Position numbers and translations under genes: made by a program. The notes under the pieces are model-generated. The model did not search any database, was not told the DNA's origin, and worked only from the letters and a program-made list of their open reading frames with translations. Below, piece after piece: positions 49,278 through 63,267 of a DNA stretch of 64,000 bases. Numbering within the stretch: position 1 is the first letter of the stretch; each line of letters begins with the position of its first letter. The DNA is taken from the NCBI GenBank assembly GCA_040954595.2, contig CM082580.2:4082783-4146782 (forward strand), read 5' to 3'. This DNA is from Balanoglossus misakiensis (Eukaryota; Animalia; Hemichordata).

Positions 49278-52200
49278 TATGGGAAATGAGAGAGACATGC
49301 AAACTGGTACGCCATATCTCACAGCTGGCAGAATCTGCCTTTAACCCTAATGCTACTGGGTGTCATACCCGTTGAGAGTGTAAATACGTATGTGCCATTT
49401 TTCTTCTTAAACATATTTTGACTGTCTTGACATGGCTCTCGTACGTACTTAGACACACTTGGCAGTCTGAGCCCCCTGTAAATTGTACCAAATCACACTG
49501 GTTTGCACTGTATTGGTCTGAGGTCTTGTTATAGGCCCTACTGATTAAGTCTAATGGGCCTGGGAGCCAGGATTCTAGACACCCTGGAAATCAAACCAGT
49601 TTTAACTGACTTGGCAGCGTTGGGGTTAATGAGTTTACATTGAAAATCCCTTCAGATAGAATTTGTCTTGAAACCGAAGTTTTTCTGTTCATTTTGAAAC
49701 TAAAAGAAGATGGTGACAGGTCTGAGATTGTTATTTGTGGGGGTGTGATTGGCTAGATCTCAATTTTACCATGGTAACTATATCTAAATTTGCATAGGTG
49801 ACTGTATACCTTTAAGGTATGGTTTACCAGTAATTCGAATTCTATCCTCGTCATGCCAGTATTAAACATGTATAAATACTTGAATATCCTAATTTTTGAT
49901 ATGTACCCAAAATTGTTTGTGGATATTGATGTGTTATTGAATATTATACATGGGATATGAGAAGTGCTGGTATGACTGACAATGCAGCACATTTCATTGC
50001 CAATGAATTATGAAGTGATTTCTCACACAACACAAATAACAGAAATGTTAATATTGTTATTATTGTCTTGCTACTTAATTTCTCGAGGTGTGGGGTCACT
50101 TCAATATTGAGATCATCCGTCCATGTGTCTGTCGTGTTAGAGACATTAACACAAGGGCCTTTAAAAGTCTTCCTTTGATTATTTTGGACAATCCAGCTCT
50201 TACCACGTTTTAATTCTTGCCTCACCAGAGGGCGCTGTCAATGACAATCCAAAGGTCATCGACGGCGCCCTCTGGAGAGGCAAGTTTTAATTCCTGTTGC
50301 TGTTTATCATCGTCATAGCCATCACCGTTGTCATCAAATGTCTAGATCATGTAGGGAACTTGCATAGGCATAGATGAACATGTAAAATTTGGGGGAACTC
50401 TCAGACTGAAGAAAGGGAATTTTTTTATTCATTGACGCCTAAAAGTAATTGATGTAAAAATCTAAAAAATGTAGACAAACCTGAATATTTCCATCTTCCT
50501 GTAATATGCTAGGTACCGGTATTTCAATTGTATATTTCATCCATAAGGAGAAGGTCATAGTTAAGATGAGCTGGGGCTCTTAATACAAGGATATAGCATC
50601 ATTTGTAAACATTCATTATAAATGGGGGTTTGGCTGGGCCTCTTACGCTTGGCCCAACAATTCAGCATAATTTGCATGAAACAATTTTTTTTTAAAGAAG
50701 CATAATCTTGCCAAAAATGTACAGTTTGCATGTGACTTTTATAAGCATATTTCAAATGTCTTTCAATCAAGCGAGGGAAACAAATCCCTGAAATTAGATA
50801 AATCTTATAATGAACGAAGCAGCCAACCGTAGCATAGACTGGGCATGACAGCAACTGAAGATCCTAGTAGGTCATGGCGACTGCAATGGGGGTTTGCGCT
50901 GGTATGGGAGGACATATTCTCATCAAGGGGGACACCCATGCGGCGCGACGACCCCTTCCCTGTAAATATGCTAGTACTCTCTGTTCTTACCAATAAAAAG
51001 GTGAAATGCTTTTTCAGAATGATTGATTGCGATGTATTTTGACTTTACCCTTTTTTATGATTATTGTAAATTTAATCTTTTCTACAGCTGTCATAATTGG
51101 TAATGAAATTTGGGACATTTTTCTGAAAAAGATGTGTAAAATGAGAATTTTACTGTGTTTTTACAAATGTTTATGCCAACAATGTTGGTAATTTTTAAAT
51201 AAATAATAAAGAGATTACACTTCTCAAATTTTATTGCTGTTTTTAGGTCCCATTTTGTCCATGCCAGTGAAGTCTTAAATGTTATGAAAACGAAAGAAAC
51301 TCTGGAAACGCAAATTGTAATCGCACTCTGGAGCTATCATAAATACAATAATTATTTATTCAGGTATCCTCTATTACATGGATTTGTGAGGAAAACATTT
51401 ATCTTCGATCGCGTAATGGCAACGTAGGTTTTACGTGGTATTCGCCATGTCTCGTTGATATTTCTTCCAGTATCTGGTTCTTTGTTTAATGAAATATGTT
51501 CAAAAGAGGGAACCTCTTCATGCAGTCCGCCGATTTCATTGCCGAATCGTGTGGACTTCTGTTCAACTGTTCAGGTATGTGTTTTGATCTCTGTGTTGAT
51601 TGATATACAGATCTGTTATTCACTTCCTGGTTCTTTACCCAGACAAAGTGGACTGACTGACCTTGTTGCGACGACAGTCTCGTCAATGGGGCTAGATAGG
51701 TTGGCTGAATGTTAGAAAATATGATATTGAGCTCAACCCTACCGCTGTGGCCTGTGTAAAATGAATGACTGGTCATATGCCCGCTGCGTCTCATTTTCCA
51801 GTACAATGACACATTTATTGTGTACAATTACCGCTCCGGCAGTAAAATGACACGTATATTCTTGAGCTCGTGGAATTTTTGGTGGACATTTAGAACTACT
51901 CGTGCCAATTTTATCAATAAACTTTTCATACAACTCCGTCAACGTCACCGGGTGGTGATGGATGGAAGGAGGATGGACTCAAGAATGTAGAGTTTGATGG
52001 AAGGATGGCTGGACAGATAGGCACTCAAATAGATATTTTATTAGATACATAATACATGTATATACATATATAATACATACATGCATACATCCGTCTTCTA
52101 AGATCATCACCATTGCATCGGAGGGTGTGTGTGCAAAGGGAGTGGTCGGTCCTGGCTCACCAAGTAGACTCGACAAAACTCTGAAAGAAACCAGAATAGC

Positions 52201-52894
52201 AGAAAAAAATATCTCCTTTAATAATACCAAAATTTATAAAGTTTTATTACTTTTATTGGTTGTTCGTGGGCACCCGGAGAGTGATTTATTCACATTCATG
52301 TTGTCAACCGGAATATATGACATTTGAAAGGAAATGCAATTACCTTTTACAAACACAGTACCCGAATGCGGCATTTGTCTAACGGTCCCTAACTGACAAC
52401 GTAATAGCTTCAGAAGCCAATACGTTAAAACAGACCCGCAATAAAATTATTATTTTTGACAAATGCATTAAATCCTTACCTGAATACAGTTTTGAACAAT
52501 ACCAATTATAGCTATATAGAAAAAATAAATTTTAGACATGTAATCCTGCTTTAGGGAACCGGAAGGAAACCAAGGTTAAACCACAGGGTCGATGGCTGTT
52601 TGTTGCAGGCATGACATATATTTAAACAATTACTCATGCCCTGATAATTCGGGTTTATCTGTTTACTCTCTCTATGCTCCGGCTAAACTGAACAAACTCA
52701 GTTTAAAAAGTAAACACAGAAATGTTGATTTCCCCTATAAATTTTTAAAATTATTTTACTTTATTTCTGTCATTAAAACGTTTGCATTGCCATAAAGGCT
52801 CTGCTGAGTACCGAGTTGGTCTGTACGCTGTGTCAAAGTCTTTGCAGACGGTCAGCAATCGTGGTTTACGTTTGTAAATTATCATACCAGAGTG

Positions 52895-55800
52895 ATGGCA
52901 ATGCTCCAAAGAAAACTGATCGCAGTAATTCTATTGTCCGCGCTTTCATTGTTAACGTTTCCAAAATGTGAAAGCCAATACCAGCAGCACCGTAAGTATT
53001 GAGATCGAGATTTTTTGTCTCGCATTTGAAATATTCCCCACTTTAAATCGTTCATACTGTCATAAGTTCTCAATAAATATCGCGCTTATACTTGAATTTT
53101 TCTGTATCTTTCACTGTGTGTTCTTCTTCTGTGCTTCATGTCAACTTTACAGGTTGTGAAGATAAATGGGACCATTACAAAGGCAAGTGTTACTACGTGT
53201 TCCGAGAAGAAATGTACGCTTACCAAGAGGCACGAGCGGTTTGTGAGGGTCTTGGTGGAATGTTGGTAAAGATAAGCAACAGCCAAGAGCAACTGTATTT
53301 GAGAGGTAAGATATTTCACACCTTTAAACCTCGTTAGTCCACGCGTACATTGTTTTACTTGTCTGTCTGTCTGTGCGTGCGTGCGTGCGTGCGTGCGTGT
53401 GCGTGCGCGCGCGTGTGTGTGTATGTATGTATGTATGTATGTATGTATGTATGTATGTATGTATGTATGTATGTATGTATGTATGTATGTATGTATGTAT
53501 GTATGTATGTATGTATGTATGTATGTATGTATGTATGTATGTATGTATGTATGTATGTATGTATGTATGTATGTATGTATGTATGTATGTATGTATGTAT
53601 GTATGTATGTATGTATGTATGTATGTATGTATGTATGTATGTATGTATGTATGTATGTATGTATGTATGCATGTATGTATGTATGTATGTACCTGTGTGT
53701 ATATTTCTCATCCACACCCACGTACACATTTCTGTGTTTGCCACACTCACCGTCTTTGAGTTAAGAAAAGAACACGTACGACCAATATTTGTTTCATACA
53801 AAATCCTGAATAGATTGCAGACTAAAGTAAGTTTCCTGTGACGATTTCCCATTTTCAGGGTACACACTATTTAACAGACGTCTGTGGATTGGAGCAACCG
53901 ACCTTGAACATGAGGGAATATGGAAGTGGGAAGACGGAACACTGGTACGTTTTTTTGTATTAATAGCTGATTATCCTCTTGCTGCGAGCTCTCGCGAGAC
54001 TTGGTTAATAACCGTAGCTGCAACTGGTTGCTTGCCAAGTCAAGCTTCGTATGAAACTAGAATAAGTTTAACAAAAAGTGTATTTTTTGTGTTGTACGTA
54101 TTCTGTCACGTGAGATTGTCCCCTCCACTTATGGTGCCTACATAGCCTCGCGAGATCTCGCATGTTCTCCTTGAGTATGGAAATTGATCTTTTGAACGAG
54201 CATAGATAATATGGTCGAAAATGTACTTGCGTCAGCAATAAATGTAAAACTGTACCGAAGCAATAAGATTGACGTTTAGTAGCCGGTCGAAGACTCGCAG
54301 TTACAGTCATTGGTTTTCGCGCCGGAAGCCAACGTTTTAAAATCACATTGTATATAAGAAACTGTGGTTGAGTTTAGTTTACACTCTTACGAGCATTAAA
54401 CGCTTTTCCCGATGTTACTTGTCTCTGTTCCCAACAGTTATCATTCTCTTATTGGTATCCCGGGCAACCCGATAATAGCCAAAATAATGAACACTGTGCC
54501 CATTTGCGCAAAGGTTTGAACGCAAATTGGAATGACAGTCCTTGTGCAACTCGCATGGGATTCATTTGTGAAAAGAATACAGGTAAGCACGTCTTTGAAT
54601 GGTGCTTTCTGAGTCATTCGAGAAACGTGTTTGGTTTTCGGTGAGGTTTTTATAGCTAGACGGGCTCTTGTATGATTATACTTCAGCTTCATGTACATTC
54701 CGATGAAAAGAAAGTGACATAGAACGGGCAGATGATGCCTGAATATTACCCCCACATTCCGGGCACCTACCAAACCCATCTCTTACCCAATTGTGGCAGG
54801 TGGATGAGAAATATCCGGACGTTGTTTTTCCAGCTACAGGGAGTAATAACTGGAGAAATTTGAGACTTAACCCGTACCCACATTTCTAATGAAACTGATG
54901 TCTTTTTTTCTGTGCAGTGTGTAAAGTTACTGACGTCGGTGTAGAGAGTGGTGCCATTCCAAACTCACAGATGACTGCGAGTAGCTATGCCTCTGCAAAA
55001 CGCAGGCCTTGCCAAGGAAGACTAAATTATCATGAAATCGGGGTTTACCATGCTTGGTGTTCAGGAGCTAACACAGTCGGACAGTGGTTACAAATAGACC
55101 TCGGTCGTACAAGGAAGGTTGTCAAAGTGGCAACGCAGGTAACGTTCTCTACCGCCTCCAATGCTTTAATTGCTTTCAGATAAATTTGGAAGTCCGCGTC
55201 GACCACTTTTATGCCTTAGAGTATCCCACGTCAACCACCGTCTAATATAACTGATTGTGTGCTTTGCTATCATTGGAGTATATGTTATTTTAAGGGTTCT
55301 ATAATCATGTTTTACCTAGGGACGTGGTGATGCGGATGAGTGGGTAAAATCCTACAAGTTACGATACATCGACGACTATACTTGGAAATATGTGACTGAT
55401 TCTACGGGAAACGAAAAGGTGCGTTTAAAAAAAGATAATGATAAACCACATCATCTACGATGACATACTCAGTGATCAATCACGTCACGCAATGGATGCA
55501 TTTGGATCGTCTTATGGCATACAAATATCTGCCTTAATTCCTTCCATATTTCATGCGCACCGTATAAGTAGACTTCAGTTTTGTCTGTTCTTAGTTTTCA
55601 TCCAATTTTCTGCTTTTCCCGATCTCCGACACACTGAGACTATGGTCGCCGCCATCTTGTCGGTTGTCAGGACAGCACACTACCATACGGCATTGACCGA
55701 ATACAATTCTGGTAAAAGGTTTAGCACATGCTCATATACAGGATGTGTATTACACTGTACACAATCGTCAAGCAATGTCCAATGTCGCAAACATGCGAGA

Positions 55801-56180
55801 GAGAAAAATGGAAAACACATTTAAAACATTACGAGCAATTGCCAGCTAGCATAGTATTAACTGTGCTGATCACCCGACAGCTATCTGTTCACAATGGAGT
55901 GAGACGTTTTCATGAATATGTGTCAAATATGCCACAATTTCTGTTTCTCTTGAAAGAAAATATGCAAATGCGCTTTGGCTTCCTTATCACTTTGCAGCCA
56001 TCCAGTCGTAAATGAAAATCTTTTTCTTCGTTGCAGTTGTTTTCTGGGAACTATAACAGGAACACAATTGTCTACCACGATTTCTTCAGGAACGCCTTCA
56101 TCGCTCAGTACGTTAGATTTTACCCGATGGCGTGGCACAATTGGATATCCATGCGAGTTGAAGTCTACGCATGTGAATAA
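52895..56180 (+). CDS. Secreted C-type lectin + F5/8 type C (discoidin) domain protein, ~314 aa. Exons 52895-52991, 53153-53305, 53859-53944, 54438-54582, 54918-55138, 55320-55418, 56037-56180
   Basis: Signal peptide; CTLD with WIGA, QPD and WND; F5/8 domain with QWLQIDLG, ATQGR, WVKSY, MRVEVYAC. Exon phases consistent. Confidence 0.88.
53363..53690. repeat. Compound microsatellite (CTGT)n(GCGT)n(GTAT)n
   Basis: About 270 bp of near-perfect GTAT repeat in a lectin intron. Confidence 0.97.
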
Positions 56181-56247
56181 TGTATAGTTGAAAACGAAAA
56201 TAGAATTAGGAATAAAATATGATCATCATCAAAAATTTTAGTCGACT

Positions 56248-56304
56248 ATGTATGTATGTATGTATGTATGTATGTATGTATGTATGTATGTATGTATGTA
56301 TGTA

Positions 56305-56400
<96 letters not shown>
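56248..56400. repeat. Compound microsatellite (ATGT)n(GT)n
   Basis: Direct reading. Confidence 0.97.
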
Positions 56401-57990
56401 CGTGCGTTCGTAGAAATAGCGATCAAATATGATCCTCCATCAAAAATTTTAGTCGACTTGATTTGTTCATCCGCAATCCCCAGGTGAAATAAACTGCGGC
56501 ACGCACTTCGTTACAATTGATCCATGAGGGCGCTGTCTGTTTTCGTCTCGTCATGATGAAGACCTTGTCGGAAAGACGGTTGCCATAACATCGGCTACAA
56601 AAAAGTCATAAATATCCGTACGGGCTTACAGTGATATATTAGATATATGTAAATATAACATAAAGCAATTCAAACACAAATAATTTCTTTTGAGAGATTG
56701 ACAATGACAATAAATGAAGATAAATATGATGTTCCCCGACAGTCAGCTTTCAGCTAGCAACTAAGCTTTATATATGTATACCCGTCACGGCTTCTTCAAT
56801 AGTTTTATTCGAAATGTAAGTTCGAGCGAGGTATGGCGCGTGAGACTCTGTTTATACGGTCTAATGAATTTAAAAACGGAAAGAACATTAAAATTAACCA
56901 TAACTAAGTTGAATTCTTTTATTTTGTTTTTAATGACATTAGTATATTTTTATTAGTAAGATTATCACGGAAAACAATGAAAGGACCATTATTTCGCGAA
57001 TTTGTTATTTGTTATTAGTAATATATGGACGACGCAGTTTTAATGGCGCTTTTTACAAAATTTCGCATTTAGATAAATTACTTTGTCTCACACTAATATT
57101 GTGGTGATTAGTCAAACGATTCGTGCAAAGGCGTCGAAAACGAGTCGACGGCGCCTGAACACAATGCTACAACTATTGAAAACAGACTGCATTTCATATC
57201 GTGCCGATATGACTACTGTCGCTTACATCTGCGCTCGTTGTCCGAGCAACTATTGAAAAAAAGTTACTTTGATATGCCGAAGAATTTCCTTCTACTTGTC
57301 TGTGGACTAAAATATGCAAATGAGCATCTAATTAATAAGTCATACCCACCAAAATCTAATCAGATCTAGATCTCATTTTAATAATGCTATACTAAGTTTC
57401 ATATTATTGGACTCAACGGTTCTTAAGTTATTAGCCTAATTACAAAACATCATTAAATATGCAAATAAGCATTTAATTAATAAGTCAAACCCACCAATAT
57501 CTCACCAGACCTAGATCTCATCATAACAATGCTACATACCAAATTTCATAACATTGGACTCGACGGTTCTCAAGTTATCAGTGGAACAAATTCTGTCTAC
57601 AGACAGACGAACGGACACACACACGGACGACATAGGACACCTTTTGGCGTGTTGCTTCAGGTTCTCCAAAAATCATAGGAAAATACCCATTGTGCTTTGC
57701 GATGCGCACCACATCGCCTGCCACTGCGCTGTGCTGGGGTAACATTTGCAAATAGTTGTGTCATTTTGGACTGTCAAAACAGCAACTCACTTTAGAGTTC
57801 ACATCTACTTATTGCTGTGGGCCACAAGCGCTGCGCACACGTCGAATTGGTTGAGGTAAGCAAGGTAGATATTAACTATATTTATTATTGATTGATAGCA
57901 CTTTACGAACAAATACAAGGGGACGTTTACTTTCGAGACCTTGGTCACTACCCTTGTCCCTGAGTGATATTGCCGATGTTTCTCATATTA

Positions 57991-58276
57991 GGCCAAATAA
58001 CAAAAATGCGCTGTTCCGATTACATGTTTTTCAAAAATAGGATTGGTAGGTAGGGAGATTTTGTTTATTTTGTAATTTTTTTATATCTTTGGCCGCCGTA
58101 GTGCAGAAGAATGACGTCATAGTTCTTGCGTGATTCTCGCAATTTTCTTAAATTTTGTATATTTGATAACGTTATTCGTACCTACGGTTTACGAAGCTCT
58201 AAAATGTTCAGGGTCGGCTGGCTAAAATAAGGATAGGTCGGGTAATCGGAACAGCACATATTTTTTTTATTTGGCC
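57991..58276. mobile_element. PIF/Harbinger-like MITE
   Basis: TTA|GGCCAAATAA ... TTATTTGGCC|TTA; 3-bp TTA TSD; subterminal CTGTTCCGATTAC / GTAATCGGAACAG. Confidence 0.75.
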
Positions 58277-59214
58277 TTAGATCCGTCTTCGCCACACTCT
58301 GATCAGCTTTATGTTGTGGCTAAGACCTACATGAGTGTGAACAAGGTGTACAGTAGACCTACATCCAATTTCAACATTTCAAGCGAAAAAATCATGTGAG
58401 TAAGTGGTTGAGTGGGGTTACCGTCAAAGGCGACAGATTATTGCGATGCGGTAAGGCTGAAACTCGAAGGAAGAACCAGAATTCTTTTTATAGACATGAA
58501 ATTCTGTTGAATAGAAGGGTTTAAGACAAAATTCACAAACGTGAGGATGGGACTTGGAAAATTTGACTCAAGGGGACCCGGGGGGGGGGGGCTTAAAAAT
58601 ATAATGAAATTCAAAAATATATGCCGTTTTTTAACATTCTTTAGAAGAAAAAAAAAACATTTAAGGGGAGAAAATTCCAAGTCCTAATCGCGAAAAATGA
58701 AGTGATGTGTGCTTCTTGGTAGTACTCACCTTAAAATCAAATGCTTTATAACCCTTTCCTTTTATTTTGCTTAAGTTTACGTTCGGTTATTCCATTTTAA
58801 AATGACAGTCTAAAAGACTCATCACACACTTCAATATATTACAGAATGGAATGGTTCTTAAATAAAGACTATCGTTTTTCTTGAAACCTGTTCACAGGAT
58901 GTGCACAAATGTTACAGGGATTAGTTGGTACACAGAACAAAAGAATGGAGAAAGTATTAAATTTAAGTATTGCAGTTTAATTTTAAGCATGTTGCATCAC
59001 TTAGCAACGGGATTAGCACACAACCAGCGCCTCACCTAAGCTTACATCGCACACTTATAACCATAGTACTAGCACGTTCAAATTCGGCCACTCTGCAACA
59101 GCTTAAAGCGCCTAGCTCGTCTCACACGCATGTTCCAGCTGTAGCCGCTGGTTACAGACGTTTAGTGAACAGTCAATCCTATAAGGCAGTGCTCTGTCCT
59201 AGATCCTAACAACA

Positions 59215-59400
59215 GAATAGATGGCGGCGACCATAATCTGTGTCGGAGATCGTGAAAAGACACTAGCTTGGGTGAAAAGGAGGGACAAAACCAGAATCTA
59301 CTTATACGGTGCGCATGAAATATGGAAGGAAGCGAATGCAGTCCACTATTTGAATGCATCGAACGGAAAATTTGCTGAACATTTGCTGGCTATACACAGG
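59215..59400 (+). mobile_element. Dispersed repeat encoding a KTRIYL..W...FAEHLL peptide (probable DNA-transposon remnant)
   Basis: An inverted diverged copy lies at ~55530-55660 (AGATGGCGGCGACCATA..GTGTCGGAGATCG..TCTACTTATACGGTGCGCATGAAATATGGAAGGAA). Confidence 0.5.
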
Positions 59401-60457
59401 GAAAACTGTCATGAAGGGAAGTGTGAGACGAGCTATAGGCGCAGCTGTGTACCCAATAAGTGCCGCATGCAACTTTTAGTCCAAATTTGACAAAAACATG
59501 TTGCAAAGTTTTACTCTGCAGAATAGCGTATTCAAGGCAGCAATTCAGAATCAGACATACACCCATTTTCAACTCGCGACCTCCAATTTTTGACTCAAAG
59601 TTGCGTTTGCAAATTTCGAAGTCGCATCACCAACATGCACATACACGTACTAGTATTCAGAATAACCCTACAGTCAGCCTTTTCAACATGTACCCTACGT
59701 GTCCTCGAATTCACAACTCTGGAAGTCCCAATTTCAACGCGCGCACTAACTTATGACAACTTTCAAATCCGCATACTAGTATATTTTCAACACTCACATC
59801 CACAGTTCACAACTTTCTGGACAAACTCGAGCCAGATTTCCATTCCGAAAACCCCAAAGTTTTAAACGTGTACACTTTGACTAGAAAAGGCCTCAGACAC
59901 CTTAATATGCTGTCCGGCAGCCGTGGTGGGATATCCGACTGCGGTAGAGCTCAAAGTGGCGTGGAGCTGGTCATGTTGGGAGCGGTGCAGCCGGCCGGTG
60001 GATCGACGTCTTACGCTTTCATACCCGCCGGCGTGTGGCAATCGGCAAGAACCCATCAGGAGGAACCCAGTCCGTTCAAGTGCAAATGTCCCGGTCAAAA
60101 GATAACTGCGAGCTTCGTAGAGCAGCATTCGACACTCTAAACAACTCTCGTCGTCCTTGTTCGAGTCGAGTCTCCTACCCCTTTCTGTTCACGTCTCTCT
60201 CTCAACACGCACTGCTTCAACTGCGCAATTGGGATGGGGGCGCCTCTTTGTCTACTAAATTGTGACATTGTTACACATTCAGAGATAACGTGTCGCTGGA
60301 ATCAAAGAAATACGGTGTTGCTAGTGTGGCGGTTGTTGCAGCTATTTTGAATTCTGTAGTAATGTGTTCCGTTGTTGTTTTTTTGCAGCTTGGTGTGAAG
60401 TGAAGGGGTCTATTCACCGTAATAACACTGAGTCAAGGCTTTTGTATTGGTGGAAGA

Positions 60458-63015
60458 ATGGTGAATATGCGGAGTTTTGCTTTCATCATTATATTATGTT
60501 TCATGTCGGTATTAGTTCTACGAGTTTTGCTAGGTATGTACATTATAATTATATATGATTTTATACATTACCACAGTTAACGCAAGATTGACCACAATGA
60601 CAGCCGCTGTTTTTTTTCTGAACAGATTTTTTAGTATTATCGACAAAGTTAACGTTTCATGAAAGTTAACGGAGCTTCTGTTAATTTGAAAGTAAGCTTA
60701 CAAATTGTAACATAAAATAAATATGATTGGAAATACATGTATTTTGGGATAATTGCATACCGATAACATGCATACAAAACGTTTAGTATTCGTTGTACTT
60801 GGGGGGAGGATGTGGTATTTCTGTTATTGTTTGACCAAAACAAAACAAAATGATAAATATGTCGAGTGTGTAGGCTACTGAGAGTTTTACAGAGTTTATT
60901 ATGGTGCAATTATCCCAAAATAGTTCCAATCGTGTTAATATTACAAATATTGTCATGTGTATGATTCCAACCATACGAAAGGCATTTTTTACAGTTTATA
61001 CGTTGACCCAATCCGTGGCTACCTGCGGCCAAGTGAGATTTTTTATCTATTTCGAGACCAAAGAATCCTGCCAACGCTGGATGAGCTATTTGATACCGGA
61101 AGGGGAGGGGGGGAATTGAAATGAAATATGTTATATTAGGGGGTGGATCGGTTCCAGACCCAGGTAAAAAGAAGGACAAAGAAATCAAAGTAGCATGACA
61201 AGCAAACAACTAAAATTTAAAACATATCTACCCATGTGTTTTGTCAAAACAGACCCATTGTTTGGTACAAAAACGAAGCACAATGCACTAGAAGAATTTC
61301 GGGTGAAAAGACAACCCTAGCTTTTGGATTTTCCCGTGGAAAGGTTATCCTTCTTGGTGGCACCTACCCGTACACCTCCAAGGGGAGTAAGCCCCCCCCC
61401 CTCCCGGCCACAGATATTTATCAGTGTTTATTTGTGGAACTTTATTTCGCTTCGCTGTTTATACTGACAGCCCTGTTCCACGCCTTCCTGTCATTCGAAT
61501 TCAACACAGTTTCTTGCCAAGAAAAACAGATTCAAAACAATTCGCATATTTAATGAACCTCTGCAAATAGCTATATGCTGTACATCCACAGTTACTGATC
61601 AAATTTGGTAAAAGCTTATTACAGATATTGAACTGAGCAAGGTTCTTATATATAATTCCCCGTATTTCGAACGAGTGTGCCTGCGTCGCGGACGAGTGAT
61701 TCCCCGTATAGCGGCCGTATCCCTCCGAGCCGCAGGGGAGGCGGGATACGGCTATACGGGGAATCACGAGTTCGCGACGCAGGTACACGAGTGAGGAATA
61801 CGGGGGAATTATACATTGAATACGGCGGGTTAAATTTGTGTAAAGACTCTACACATAACATCTGGTATTTCGTTTGCAGGCTGTTCTAAACAACGGAGGT
61901 CATAAACTGTATCGGAAGGTGCGACAAGTTTTGATTTCAAGGATGCTACGGTAAGGGCCAACACTAGTGCAGTTGACATGTCCACAGAAAAATTTGGCAC
62001 CAAGTCTCTGGCATTTCCTTTGGTACACAGTGTAATGATTCCGTGTCAAACCTTATAAAAACCCAATCAATTACTAAATTTTAAAACGCGAATATTGCTG
62101 ATAAAATATCCCTATCTATATAAACATAGTCCTCTTGCATAAATTTACCCATTAGGCACATTAGGACTATTTACCAAGAATGTGTTTCTTTTGTAGACAA
62201 TCTTTCCAACGCTCCATTCCGCAGTGCCCAGCCGCTCCGATTTGAGCGAGATCCACCATCAAAGAAAACACCAAATGGAACTCGGTTGCAAATATTTAAT
62301 GAGCGAGAAGAAAACAGAACAAAGCCCAAACCCGCATGGAAAAGTAATCATAATTGACGATAAGTATAACATTGTGTTCTGCGCCATTGCGAAGGTTGGC
62401 ACAAGCCAATGGAAATATATGTTTTTGAAACTTGCCGGAACTTGGAATCCAAACAAAGGAATACATATGCAAAAATTCAGAAGACTCAAAAGTTATACGC
62501 CGAGATACAAAAACTACACCAAGATCATGTTTGTACGACATCCATTTGAACGGCTGCTGTCCGCTTTCTTGGATAAATTTATAGAAAAGCCAGCAGCCAT
62601 TTTCCTAAAGAGGTATGGGGAGGCCATACGACACGTCCCTAACCAGAACGGATCTTTCGACGATAGTCTAACCTTCGACAAATTTGTTACTTTTTTACTG
62701 AAAACAAAACCTGACGACATCCACTGGAATTCATATGTAGAATCGTGTGATCCTTGCAAAATAAGCTATGATTATAATGGAAAATTCGACAGTCTTTATG
62801 TCGATGCTCAATACATTTTCAATGCAACAAATGTCACCTTCGAGACTAGCGACGCTGCTCGAGGCCACGCGACGAATAGTTCGCACAAAATCGAGAGGTT
62901 CTATAGCCTATTGAGCAAGCAACAGGTGCTTGGGCTGTATGAGATGTTTTACGCGGACTTTATACTGTTCGGGTATCCATATCCACGTTTTTATCTGGAT
63001 TTGGCTACAGGCTGA
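60458..63015 (+). CDS. Carbohydrate sulfotransferase (CHST8-14/HNK-1ST family). Catalytic exon 62197-63015; probable TM exon 60458-60533; possible exon 61880-61950
   Basis: FCAIAKVGTSQWK (5'-PSB), FVRHPFERLLSAF (3'-PB), DIHW..CDPC..YD, Y.ADF.LFGY. The 5' exon structure is uncertain. Confidence 0.8.
61651..61813. repeat. Long palindromic element with two tandem GA/GA mismatches
   Basis: TATAATTCCCCGTATT ... AATACGGGGGAATTATA arms; CGAG faces CGAG at two positions. Confidence 0.8.
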
Positions 63016-63267
63016 ACATTCACGTTGTTATAGAAGTGGACTATTACGGACACTAAATATGCTGTAAAGGGTAATGTATCAACTGACTTATAAGGGGAGT
63101 TCTGCTTTTCGCCTTTTCTTCTGATGTATCTTGGTGAAAGTCGAAAAATATGGATAACGAACATGGTTTTGTGTCTTAGGTGTTTTAACTGTTATAAACA
63201 TTATACTAAGAATGTGTTGACATTAGTGTGAATTGGGTTAAAGCACTAGCGCATATGAAGACTATGA

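Noticed and set aside
53086-53867. Long MYVC/HTYI-repeat ORFs (also 56219-56487, 5845-6087)
   Set aside because: Translation artefacts of (GTAT)n/(GT)n microsatellites in introns or intergenic DNA.
55320-55335. RGD tripeptide in the F5/8 domain
   Set aside because: Falls in the conserved TQGR motif of discoidin domains, so an integrin-binding role is unsupported.
59860-60265. GC-richer patch with several overlapping short ORFs (also ORF 20080-20601)
   Set aside because: No recognisable domain, consistent exon structure or RNA motif; left unannotated.
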